Shown here: positions 9,115 through 17,797 of the stretch, in pieces | Layout: each line of letters begins with the position of its first letter | How positions within the stretch are numbered: the stretch's first letter is position 1 | NCBI GenBank assembly: GCA_947624945.1 | Contig: CANQMJ010000003.1 | Coordinates: 1 to 36,609 of the forward strand | Direction of reading: 5' to 3' | Length of the DNA: 36,609 bases | Origin: an uncultured Clostridia bacterium | GTDB taxonomy: Bacteria > Bacillota > Clostridia > Oscillospirales > CAG-272 | The notes under the pieces: generated by a model | What the model was told of the DNA's origin: nothing | Seen by the model: only the letters and a program-made list of their open reading frames with translations | The model's database searches: none | Made by a program: the position numbers and the translations under genes

Positions 9115-9741
9115 ATGGGAAACGTTTCCGACAACTGCATATACGTCGTTTTCTCACGTACACCGTACAAAATGGGGCGATTTATCCGCACAGTGACGCA
9201 CGGGATATACAATCATGTCTCGATAGCGCTCGACGGCAGCTTATGTGAGATGTACTCGTTCGCACGGTTGAAGCGCGAAACTCCGTTTTGCGGCGGCTTT
9301 GTCCGCGAGGGCGCGGAACGGTACCGCGGCGACTTCGGCGCCGCCGATATCGCTGTGTGCGCGCTGCATGTCGGACGCGACGGATACGCACGCGTGAAAA
9401 CACAGATTGACCTTATGTGCGCGCGCCCCGACGCATATGTTTACAATATGCTGTCGGCGGCGCTCGTGCCTCTCCGTCACAGAGTAAACGTGCGCGACTC
9501 GTTCACGTGCGTCGAATTCGCCGTATCGATGCTTCGTCTTTCGGGAGTAAAGCTGTCTGCGGATTATTATTCGATATCCGAGCTGTACTCCCTTTTCCGC
9601 CGATACGAGGTTTACAAAGGCGAATACCCCGCCTTCACTACGGCGGATCAGTCATACAACGACGACGTCCCGCTCGGACGCAGCGTGTACGCGTCGTGCC
9701 GTCAGTTTCTAAGGCTGACGTTCAGGCTCGTGAAAGGGTAG
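9115..9741 (+). CDS. Permuted papain-like (NlpC/P60 superfamily, YiiX/YaeF-like) protein
   Basis: His motif (YNHVSIALD) lies N-terminal to Y-N (YVYN) and a Cys motif (FTCVEFA), the circularly permuted order. SD ggagg. Confidence 0.7.
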   Translation: MGNVSDNCIYVVFSRTPYKMGRFIRTVTHGIYNHVSIALDGSLCEMYSFARLKRETPFCGGFVREGAERYRGDFGAADIAVCALHVGRDGYARVKTQIDLMCARPDAYVYNMLSAALVPLRHRVNVRDSFTCVEFAVSMLRLSGVKLSADYYSISELYSLFRRYEVYKGEYPAFTTADQSYNDDVPLGRSVYASCRQFLRLTFRLVKG

Positions 9742-9798
9742 ATTTATACATTTGCAGAACCGATATTATACAACCGTAAAATATATTATTGGCAGGTG

Positions 9799-10116
9799 AT
9801 GGAATTGGACCGACTGACCGGCGGGCTCATACTCGCCCTGATACTTGCGGCTGCGCTCGCGTGCGCACTCTGGTATCGCTTCATGAAGAATACGCGCCTC
9901 AAATGGCTGCCCGCGACGCTTGCAGCGCTGTGCGAGCTCGCGGCGGCGATTCTCCTTCTCTTCCGCGACGCGTCGCTCGAGGAGCTGTACCTCGTGCTGC
10001 TCGTATTCGCGGCGGTGATATTCGGTGCCGCATACGGAAAGCTGCCGCGCCGCAGATCGGCAAAAGTAAAAACAGGCGATGCGCAGTCGGACAAGGAGGC
10101 AAGCGATGGTATTTAA
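9799..10116 (+). CDS. Small membrane protein (about 3 TM), unknown function
   Basis: Three hydrophobic segments. SD caggtg. Its 3' end overlaps the MBOAT start by 11 nt. Confidence 0.7.
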   Translation: MELDRLTGGLILALILAAALACALWYRFMKNTRLKWLPATLAALCELAAAILLLFRDASLEELYLVLLVFAAVIFGAAYGKLPRRRSAKVKTGDAQSDKEASDGI

Positions 10117-11575
10117 TTCTCTTGAATTTCTGATATTCCTGCCTATTGTCATAATACTGCACTATATCCTGCCTACGCGGTTCCGCTGGATAGCGCTGCT
10201 CGCGGCGAGCTACTACTTCTACATGTACTGGGACGCTAAGCTCATCGTGCTAATTCTGTTCACGACCGCCGTCTCGTACGTGACAGCAATACTCGTTTCA
10301 AAGACGGACAAAAAGGCGCTTAAAAAGCTCTATCTCATAATAGCTCTTTTCGCCTCGCTCGGCGTTTTGGTGTTCTTCAAATACTATAACTTCCTTTCCG
10401 GCTCCGTCGAGGACATCATACGCCTGTTCGGACGCAGACCGAAGGACCTTTCCCTCGACCTTATCCTCCCCGTCGGAATATCGTTCTACACGTTCCAGAC
10501 GCTGTCGTACGTCATAGACGTCTACCGCGGGAAAATAGCGCCGGAGCGCCACTTCGGTTACTACGCGCTGTTCGTATCGTTCTTCCCGCAGCTCGTCGCC
10601 GGACCTATCGAGCGCCCGGAAAATCTTCTCCCGCAGCTCAAGGCTCCGCATAAAATATCGCGCGCCAACATGACGGAGGGACTCGGCATCATGCTCATCG
10701 GCTTTTTCAAAAAGCTCGTCGTCGCCGACATCGCCGCCGTTTACGTAAACGCCGTCTACAACGACGTCGAAAACGCGACGGGACTCGGCGTGCTCGTTGC
10801 GACTGTGCTGTTCGCTGTACAGATCTACTGCGACTTCTCCGGCTACACCGACATCGCGATAGGCTGCGCGCGCATGATGGACATACGCCTGATGCAGAAC
10901 TTCAACCGCCCGTATATATCTCGCTCGATAAAAGAGTTCTGGTCGCGCTGGCACATCAGTCTTTCGACATGGTTCCGCGACTACCTCTATATCCCGCTCG
11001 GCGGCAACAGGCGCGGCAAGACGCGCAGATACATAAACGTAATGATAGTCTTCCTCGTGTCGGGTCTTTGGCACGGCGCGGCGTGGACGTTCGTCATATG
11101 GGGCATGCTGCACGGGCTGTATCAGGTCATAGGCGGCGTGACGCAGAAGCTGCGTGAACGCATATATACAAAAATGCACATCGATATGAAATCGTCGTGG
11201 TTCGGCTTTTTGCAGCAGTGCTTCACATTCGTGCTCGTATGCTTCGCGTGGATATTCTTCCGCGCCAACTCGATATCCGACCTTGGCATCATCATGAAAA
11301 AGCTGTTCACCGATTGGGGCGGGCTCGCATATGCGCGCGACACGTTCTCCGCTATGGGACTCGGCGTCACCATGGCGATAGCGCTCGCAGTCGCCGTATG
11401 GATACTGACGCGCTTCGACCGCAGACCGCTTTCCGATATGTGCCGAGTCGACTGTGACGGTGAATCTCTCCCCGCCGCATACGGCTATGCGCAGGTCGCA
11501 TGGCTCGTTATAGTCGCCGCGCTCATAATCGCGTCCGGCAACGGCGAGAGCACGTTCATCTACTTCCAGTTTTAG
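10106..11575 (+). CDS. MBOAT O-acyltransferase (AlgI/PatA/DltB-like)
   Basis: MVFNS, LPVGISFYTFQ, FFPQLVAGPIER, DFSGYTDIA, NFNRPY, FWSRWHISLS, GLWHGA (catalytic His), C-terminal FIYFQF. SD aggagg. Confidence 0.95.
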   Translation: MVFNSLEFLIFLPIVIILHYILPTRFRWIALLAASYYFYMYWDAKLIVLILFTTAVSYVTAILVSKTDKKALKKLYLIIALFASLGVLVFFKYYNFLSGSVEDIIRLFGRRPKDLSLDLILPVGISFYTFQTLSYVIDVYRGKIAPERHFGYYALFVSFFPQLVAGPIERPENLLPQLKAPHKISRANMTEGLGIMLIGFFKKLVVADIAAVYVNAVYNDVENATGLGVLVATVLFAVQIYCDFSGYTDIAIGCARMMDIRLMQNFNRPYISRSIKEFWSRWHISLSTWFRDYLYIPLGGNRRGKTRRYINVMIVFLVSGLWHGAAWTFVIWGMLHGLYQVIGGVTQKLRERIYTKMHIDMKSSWFGFLQQCFTFVLVCFAWIFFRANSISDLGIIMKKLFTDWGGLAYARDTFSAMGLGVTMAIALAVAVWILTRFDRRPLSDMCRVDCDGESLPAAYGYAQVAWLVIVAALIIASGNGESTFIYFQF

Positions 11576-11595
11576 AAAGGAGCGCGGACTGAAAT

Positions 11596-13068
11596 ATGGA
11601 AAACGGCAAAAATGAAAGCGTAAAGAAATATACGATGTCGTTCATCGCGCTCGCGCTCGCAATGGTTATACCCGTGCTCGCGTTCGTCACGGTCACGATG
11701 ATGATAAAACCGCAGTTCTCCGAGACGTTTCTCGGCGAGTTGTCGGCGAAATACGACCGTCTGCGCTCTGTCGACGGCGAAAAGGTCGTGCTGATCGGCG
11801 GGAGCAGCCTCGCGTTCGGCATAGACTCGGACGCGATGGAAGCTGTTATCGGACGTCCCGTCGTCAACTTCGGTCTTTACGCGACGCTCGGCACAAAGGT
11901 CATGATGGACCTCTCCAAGTCGGGGCTGTCGCGCGGCGACGTCGTCGTCATATGCCCCGAAATGGACACGCAGACGCTGTCGCTCTACTATAACTCCGAG
12001 GCGATGTGGCAGGCGTGCGACAGCGATATGTCGCTGCTTCTGCACATCGGCAAGGACAACATCGGCGATATGGCGGGCGGATTTTGGGGCTACGCCGCGT
12101 CGAAGATACGATACGCGAACTCTGGCGGGCTTGACGTGACGGGCGTATACGCCAAGTCGTCGTTCGACGAATACGGCGACATCGTATATGAGCGTCCGTA
12201 CAATCAAATGACGCTCGGCTTTGACCCCAACAAGTACATAACGCTCTCAGGCGAGATATTCGACGGCGATTTCATCGACTACGTCAACGACTACGTCGCG
12301 TGGGCACACAGACACGGCGTCGACGTATATTTCAGCTTCCCGCCGATGAACGAGGACGCCGTCCTCACGACAGATGAGGAGGAAATACACGCGTTCTATC
12401 ACTTCCTGCACGATAACCTCGACTGCGAGGTCATATCCGAGGTCGGCGACTACATACTCGACGCCGGTTACTTCTACGACAGCAACTTCCACCTCAACGA
12501 CGCGGGCGTCCCGATACGCTCGATGCAGCTCTGTGAGGACATCATGCGCGCAATAGGTAAAACGGACGCTGTCGAGATCGTCTACCCCGATATTCCCGAG
12601 GTACCCGTCGTCGACGACGAGCAGAAGCCCGTAACGGAAACCGACTTCACCGAGACTGCCGCTGACGCGTTCATCGTCGAGGACTTCGGCGAGGGCGTTG
12701 TGATATCCGGCATCGCGGACGCGGGAAAATCGCTCGACACGATAGTGATACCGCGCGAGATAGGCGGCAAGCGCGTGCTCGCGCTCGGCGCGTCAGCGTT
12801 CGCGGATGCAGACGCGATGAAGACGCTCGTCATATTCGACAACGTCGTGCAGATATACGACGGGTTCCTGTCAGGCGCTGCGGCGATCGAAAACGTCTAC
12901 ATCTACAACACCGACTGCAACTCGGTAGCGATAGGCGCGGAGCTTCTGTCCGGACTCGGCACGCCGCCGACGATACTCGTACCGTACGAATCGTACGGCA
13001 GCTACGTCTCCGACTACTTCTGGGGCATCTACGCGGGCAGACTGTCCGTCATCGACCCGCCGCAGTAA
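11596..13068 (+). CDS. Membrane-anchored SGNH-like acyltransferase partner (DltD/AlgJ-like) with C-terminal BspA-type LRR domain
   Basis: N-terminal TM, IGGSS block I, VVNFG, FYDSNFHLN (Asp/His). C-terminus IVIPREIGGKRVLALGASAF...LVIFDNVVQI resembles LRR_5. Confidence 0.72.
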   Translation: MENGKNESVKKYTMSFIALALAMVIPVLAFVTVTMMIKPQFSETFLGELSAKYDRLRSVDGEKVVLIGGSSLAFGIDSDAMEAVIGRPVVNFGLYATLGTKVMMDLSKSGLSRGDVVVICPEMDTQTLSLYYNSEAMWQACDSDMSLLLHIGKDNIGDMAGGFWGYAASKIRYANSGGLDVTGVYAKSSFDEYGDIVYERPYNQMTLGFDPNKYITLSGEIFDGDFIDYVNDYVAWAHRHGVDVYFSFPPMNEDAVLTTDEEEIHAFYHFLHDNLDCEVISEVGDYILDAGYFYDSNFHLNDAGVPIRSMQLCEDIMRAIGKTDAVEIVYPDIPEVPVVDDEQKPVTETDFTETAADAFIVEDFGEGVVISGIADAGKSLDTIVIPREIGGKRVLALGASAFADADAMKTLVIFDNVVQIYDGFLSGAAAIENVYIYNTDCNSVAIGAELLSGLGTPPTILVPYESYGSYVSDYFWGIYAGRLSVIDPPQ

Positions 13069-13096
13069 TGCTGCAAGCTGAATCATAATACGCAAG

Positions 13097-13130
13097 GCGC
13101 GGTGAGGCTTCTACAGAAGTCTCACCGCGT
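13097..13130. terminator. Hairpin between convergent genes (probable terminator)
   Basis: gcgcggtgaggcttc-taca-gaagtctcaccgcgt. T-tracts are weak. Confidence 0.7.
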
Positions 13131-13148
13131 CGATCTTTACGCTTTTGC

Positions 13149-14078
13149 TCAGTCGGAGAACATCGGCGTCGACAGATACCGCTCACCCGTGTCGGGCAGG
13201 AGCGCCACTATCAGCTTGCCTTTGTTTTCGGGGCGCTTTGCAAGCTGTGCCGCCGCCCACACTGCCGCGCCCGACGAAATGCCGACGAGCAGTCCTTCCC
13301 TGCGCGCGAGCGTCCTGCCTGTCGCGAACGCGTCGTCGTTTTCGACCGCTATGATCTCATCGTAAATCGACGTATCGAGCGTGTCCGGCACGAAACCGGC
13401 GCCTATGCCCTGTATCTTATGCGGTCCGGATACGCCCTTCGACAGTACCGGCGACGACGCCGGTTCGACAGCGACGACCTTCACGTTCGGATTCTGCGAT
13501 TTCAGATATCCGCCGACGCCGCTGAGCGTGCCGCCCGTGCCGACTCCCGCGACGAATATATCGACCTTGCCGTCCGTATCGCGCCATATCTCGGGACCAG
13601 TCGTCGCGCGGTGTATCGCCGGGTTCGCAGGGTTCGTGAATTGCCCAGGGATAAAGCTGTTCGGCGTCGACGCAGCGATCTCGTTCGCCTTCGCTATCGC
13701 GCCCGACATTCCTTTCGAACCGTCCGTCAGCACTATCTCTGCGCCGTACGCTTTGAGCAGGTTGCGGCGCTCGACGCTCATCGTCTCAGGCATCGTAAGT
13801 ATGATCTTATACCCTCTCGCGGCGGAGACTGCCGCAAGTCCGATACCCGTGTTGCCGCTCGTCGGCTCGATAATGACGGCGCCGGGCTTTATAAGTCCCT
13901 TCTCCTCCGCGTCGTCGAGCATCGCCTTCGCGATCCTGTCCTTGACGCTCCCCGCGGGATTGAAATACTCGAGCTTGCCGTATATTTCGGCGCCGAGCGC
14001 GTTTTCCTCGATGTAGTTCGTCAGTCTCAAAAGCGGCGTATTGCCGATGAGATCGGTTATTTTGTCGTACGTTTTCAT
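13149..14078 (-). CDS. cysK: Cysteine synthase A
   Basis: [15 protein letters not shown] (PLP Lys), [34 protein letters not shown]. Confidence 0.98.
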   Translation of the reverse strand: MKTYDKITDLIGNTPLLRLTNYIEENALGAEIYGKLEYFNPAGSVKDRIAKAMLDDAEEKGLIKPGAVIIEPTSGNTGIGLAAVSAARGYKIILTMPETMSVERRNLLKAYGAEIVLTDGSKGMSGAIAKANEIAASTPNSFIPGQFTNPANPAIHRATTGPEIWRDTDGKVDIFVAGVGTGGTLSGVGGYLKSQNPNVKVVAVEPASSPVLSKGVSGPHKIQGIGAGFVPDTLDTSIYDEIIAVENDDAFATGRTLARREGLLVGISSGAAVWAAAQLAKRPENKGKLIVALLPDTGERYLSTPMFSD

Positions 14079-14094
14079 TTGTTTTTTCCCTTTT

Positions 14095-14141
14095 CCTATC
14101 GGTATTGTAGGCATTATATCACCGCCGCGCCCGTTTGTCAA
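14095..14141 (-). promoter_or_regulatory. sigmaA promoter of cysK with a downstream dyad (possible operator)
   Basis: Minus strand TTGACA(14141-14136)-N17-TATAAT(14118-14113) with extended TG. Dyad CCTA-N9-TAGG at 14095-14111. Confidence 0.8.
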
Positions 14142-14174
14142 CCCCTATTATGTAAAAAATTCCCGCACACGCGG

Positions 14175-14203
14175 TTGATTTTTTTACATTGTCGTGATAT
14201 AAT
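14175..14203 (+). promoter_or_regulatory. sigmaA promoter, divergent from cysK
   Basis: TTGATT-N17-TATAAT with extended TGn. Confidence 0.75.
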
Positions 14204-14257
14204 GTTTCATGTTTGACGAACTATTGTTCGAAATAAAAGATTTACGGATATACAGGT

Positions 14258-14896
14258 ATGGGTGAAACATTTTGGAATCGAACGTGGGGAACGATTGCTC
14301 CTGAACGTATAACATCATATGCCGCAAGTCTTGATTCGACTGAGGACGCTGTCATCGCTTTTCTGCGAAAGGAAAAAGCAAAATATGTCTGTGATGCCGG
14401 ATGCGGATGCGGGATCTATTCGCTTAAGCTCGCACGATTCGGTTTTGCTGTCTGCGGCTTTGATATCGCGGAAGATGCCGTCCTGCTGACTAAAAAACTA
14501 ATCACAGAGAACGGATATCCGGCAAAGGATTTCAAGCAGGCAAACATTCTGTCAACGGGATATCCGTCAAAATGCTTTGATGCTGTTGTTGCAAGAGATG
14601 TAATTGACCATATGCCGATCAAGCAAGGCGTCTATGCTGTTAGGGAACTATTGCGTATCGTTAGACCGGGCGGCTGCGTACTGTTGACTTTGGATGCAAC
14701 AGACAGCGAATACGAATCAGAACCGCATGAAATAAATAAAGACGGAGACTATTTCTTCAATCGCGGTAAATGGGACGGGATGGTGTTTCATCCGTATTCT
14801 GCTTTTGAAATCAAAAAACTGACGGATGGAATCAAATACAATATATTGCCATCAAATGAAAATGGATTCATTGTTGTTATTGACGCAGATGAATAA
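14258..14896 (+). CDS. Class I SAM-dependent methyltransferase
   Basis: VCDAGCGCG, GFDI, FDAVVA, VRPGG. AT-richer than the flanks. Confidence 0.88.
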   Translation: MGETFWNRTWGTIAPERITSYAASLDSTEDAVIAFLRKEKAKYVCDAGCGCGIYSLKLARFGFAVCGFDIAEDAVLLTKKLITENGYPAKDFKQANILSTGYPSKCFDAVVARDVIDHMPIKQGVYAVRELLRIVRPGGCVLLTLDATDSEYESEPHEINKDGDYFFNRGKWDGMVFHPYSAFEIKKLTDGIKYNILPSNENGFIVVIDADE

Positions 14897-15008
14897 ACAA
14901 GTTTCCTTAATCGGGTACGTCTATATATCTGCGCTCGACTTTTTCTTACGGCAGAAACATACCGCAATTCGATGCAAAAAATATCTAAGATTTAAGAAGA
15001 AAACGAAG

Positions 15009-15527
15009 ATGGACAATTATATCATCAAACCAATGGAAAGCGAAGACGAAATAAACGGCAAGGGATATGTCCATTACAAATCCTGGCACGAAACATATAC
15101 GGGCCTGATCGACGCGAATTATCTCGAGCATCATACGCTCGAAAAATGTACGAAGATCGCGCACAAGTGGCCGGACAACATTCTTGTGGCAAAAGACGGA
15201 GATAAAGTCGTCGGTTTCGTCGGATACGGTCCGTATCGCGACGAAACGCTCCCCGCGCACGGAGAAGTCTTTGCACTTTACGTCCTTGAGGAGTATCACG
15301 GCAAAAAGATCGGATATGAACTGATGAACGATGCGCTCAATGAGCTTTCGGATTATAATAAAGTTGCAGTATGGGTGTTGAAAGGAAACGAGCGTGCGAT
15401 CCGTTTCTATAAGCGGTACGGTTTTCACTTTGACGGGACAGAGGCAAAAATCATGCTTGGCACACCGAATACGGAACTGCGAATGATCTACGACAGATCG
15501 TCCGCCCCCACACCGACTCCGCAGTGA
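15009..15527 (+). CDS. GNAT family N-acetyltransferase
   Basis: SWHETYTGLI, VVGFVGYG, ALYVLEEYHGKKIG, WVLKGNERAIRFYKRYGF. An alternative in-frame ATG at 14889 overlaps the upstream stop. Confidence 0.9.
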   Translation: MDNYIIKPMESEDEINGKGYVHYKSWHETYTGLIDANYLEHHTLEKCTKIAHKWPDNILVAKDGDKVVGFVGYGPYRDETLPAHGEVFALYVLEEYHGKKIGYELMNDALNELSDYNKVAVWVLKGNERAIRFYKRYGFHFDGTEAKIMLGTPNTELRMIYDRSSAPTPTPQ

Positions 15528-15612
15528 AAAACGTCGTCTCGACATCTTTTACTTTTTTTATGCAAAATGCAGCAAATTAAGCATCAAACATCGTATTTCG
15601 TCAGTTATTATA

Positions 15613-15641
15613 TTGACCGCGCATGCGCGAAATGATATAAT
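15613..15641 (+). promoter_or_regulatory. sigmaA promoter of bioY
   Basis: TTGACC-N17-TATAAT with extended TGn. Confidence 0.8.
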
Positions 15642-15674
15642 AACCCAAAATAAACCATTTTTTCGAGGTGCATT

Positions 15675-16244
15675 ATGCCGATAAAAGATAATACCGCGAT
15701 GTCAAAAAGTCACGCGCGCGTACGCAGCGTCGCAATGGTGGGACTGTTCACCGCCATTCTCGCCGTATGCTCGCAGGTTGCGATACCTCTGCCCTCCGGC
15801 GTGCCGATAACGCTCCAGACCGCCGCCGTCGCGCTGTGCGGCTATATGCTCGGCTCATGGCGTTCCGCGTCCGCCGCGCTCGCATATATAGTGATAGGCG
15901 CCGTCGGCGTGCCCGTGTTTTCGAGCTTCGGCGCAGGCGTCGGCGTGCTCGTCGGCAGGACGGGCGGCTTCATCTTCGGCTTTGTGCCGATGGTCATATG
16001 CTGCGGTCTTTTGAAATATAAACCTGACGAAACGAAGCTGCGCGCCGTCATGCGCCTTGTGCTCGGACTTGTCGGACTGATTTTGCTCCACATTTTAGGC
16101 ACATTGCAGTTTGCGCTTCTGACAAAGACCGGCTTTTTTGCCGCCGCGCTCGTCGTGTCCGTGCCGTTTCTCATCAAGGACGTCGTTTCCGTCGTCATCG
16201 CGTACGCCGTGTCAATGCGGCTGGCAAAGTTAGTGAAGATATAA
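15675..16244 (+). CDS. bioY: Biotin transporter S component BioY
   Basis: SQVAIP..VPITLQT, GAVGVPVFS, GRTGGFIFGF, VPFLIKD. Confidence 0.93.
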   Translation: MPIKDNTAMSKSHARVRSVAMVGLFTAILAVCSQVAIPLPSGVPITLQTAAVALCGYMLGSWRSASAALAYIVIGAVGVPVFSSFGAGVGVLVGRTGGFIFGFVPMVICCGLLKYKPDETKLRAVMRLVLGLVGLILLHILGTLQFALLTKTGFFAAALVVSVPFLIKDVVSVVIAYAVSMRLAKLVKI

Positions 16245-16247
16245 GCG

Positions 16248-16660
16248 AACGTACATATAAAAAATCACCGTACAGATGTACGATAATGCCAAACAAAACT
16301 TTTATAAAACGTGGGGAAAACTTTATTTTGCGGAGCCCCTTTTTGTAGAAAGGTGGGAGGTTTGCCGCTTACGCGGCAAACTCCTGCCCCGCCCCTCGCC
16401 AAAAACGGACCAAATCTGTTTATCATAAGTGCTCTCAAAAATAATTGTTTAAATTAGATAAAATGCGGAGGCGTAGGTATCTCGCCGCTGTCGCGTCGAG
16501 CTACGACACATTTTCGCTTACGCGAAAAGTGTGAGCCGAGCACCGAACGCAACGAACATATATAAAATCACCGTACAGATGCATGATTATGACAAACAAA
16601 ACTTTTATGAAAAGTTTTGAAAGGGGTGTGGGGGAAACTTTCTCAAAAGTTTCCCCCACA
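16248..16660 (-). repeat. Second, inverted, composite copy of the 197-625 repeat family
   Basis: The reverse complement of 16331-16450 aligns with the units at 285/452. Palindrome tgtgggggaaacttt-ctca-aaagtttcccccaca at 16627-16660. A ~62-bp direct repeat starts at 16248 and 16551. TTAC-loop hairpins at 16356-16384 and 16507-16533. Confidence 0.88.
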
Positions 16661-16674
16661 TAATTTTATATTAT

Positions 16675-17760
16675 TCACTTCCCTATGACCTCGGCGTTCG
16701 CCTGCGCGGTGAGCGCGAGCTCCGCCGCAAGGAACGCATGCGCCTGCGTCATCGCGTTTTCGGTCCTGTCTATGCAGTCCTTGATGAGATCGCCGAAGAA
16801 CGGGAACCCGACCTGTCCGCGTGCGCAGAAGCGGTGCTCGCCCTTTTTGTCGACGAGGAACACCTGATCGCTCCCGTCGTCGGTGCCGACGTTTATGTAC
16901 TTGCGCAGCTCGATGTAGCCGTCCGTGCCGAGTATCATCGTCCTGCCATCGCCCCACGTGCGAAGTCCGTCCGGCGTGAACCAGTCGACGCGGAAATACT
17001 GCGTCGCACCGCTGCCGCCTACGATCACGGCATCGCCGAAATCGTCAAGCTCGGGATATTCGGGATGCGCGAAATTGCCGATCTGCGAGTGCACCACATG
17101 CGCCTCCGTCTCGCCCGAGTATGCAAGGAACTGCTCCGCCTGATGGCTGCCGATGTCGCAAAGTATGCCGCCATACTTCTCTTTTTTGAAGAACCAGTCG
17201 GGACGCGACGGCGCGTTCAGCCTGTGCGGACCGAGTCCGAGCACCTGCACGACGCGTCCGATAGCGCCTTTTTTGATGAGCTGCCCCGCGTATATCGCGG
17301 ACTCGTTGTGAAGACGCTCGCCGTAGTATACCATGTACTTGCGCCCCGTGCGCGCGACCTTCATCTTCGCGACTGCAAGCTGTGCGAGAGTCGTGAACGG
17401 CGCTTTGTCGGTGAAGTAGTCCTTCCCCGCGTCTATGACGCGCAACCCGAGCGCACATCTCTCCGACGTGACAGCGGCGCCCGCTACGAGCTTTACCTTA
17501 TCGTCGGAGAATATCTCCTCCTCGCTCGCCGCCGCTTTCACGCCTGGATAACGGCGGCAGAAGTCGGCGACCTTGACCGGATCGGGGTCGTACACATACT
17601 TCAGCGTCGCGCCGACCTCGATAAGTCCGTTGCACATGCCGTAGATGTGACCGTGATCGAGCCCTATCGCGGCAAATTCAAATTCGCCGGGCCCCACGAC
17701 GGGCGACGGCTTTCCCTCGGGCGCGTAATTCATTCCGTCCGACATCTGAAAATCAGCCAT
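16675..17760 (-). CDS. Gfo/Idh/MocA family oxidoreductase
   Basis: AAIGLDHGHIY, DKAP, IGRVVQ, GGILCDIGSHQ, RVDWFTPDGL. Confidence 0.92.
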   Translation of the reverse strand: MADFQMSDGMNYAPEGKPSPVVGPGEFEFAAIGLDHGHIYGMCNGLIEVGATLKYVYDPDPVKVADFCRRYPGVKAAASEEEIFSDDKVKLVAGAAVTSERCALGLRVIDAGKDYFTDKAPFTTLAQLAVAKMKVARTGRKYMVYYGERLHNESAIYAGQLIKKGAIGRVVQVLGLGPHRLNAPSRPDWFFKKEKYGGILCDIGSHQAEQFLAYSGETEAHVVHSQIGNFAHPEYPELDDFGDAVIVGGSGATQYFRVDWFTPDGLRTWGDGRTMILGTDGYIELRKYINVGTDDGSDQVFLVDKKGEHRFCARGQVGFPFFGDLIKDCIDRTENAMTQAHAFLAAELALTAQANAEVIGK

Positions 17761-17797
17761 AAACGAATACCTCTTTCAAATTTATTATCTTGTCTGC

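Noticed and set aside
10106-13068. dlt operon
   Set aside because: No DltA ligase or DltC carrier, and the MBOAT has an AlgI-type fused tail.
15640-15675. Possible BirA operator upstream of bioY
   Set aside because: Only a weak AACC...GGT dyad. It lacks the TGT.AAC-N14/16-GTT.ACA pattern.
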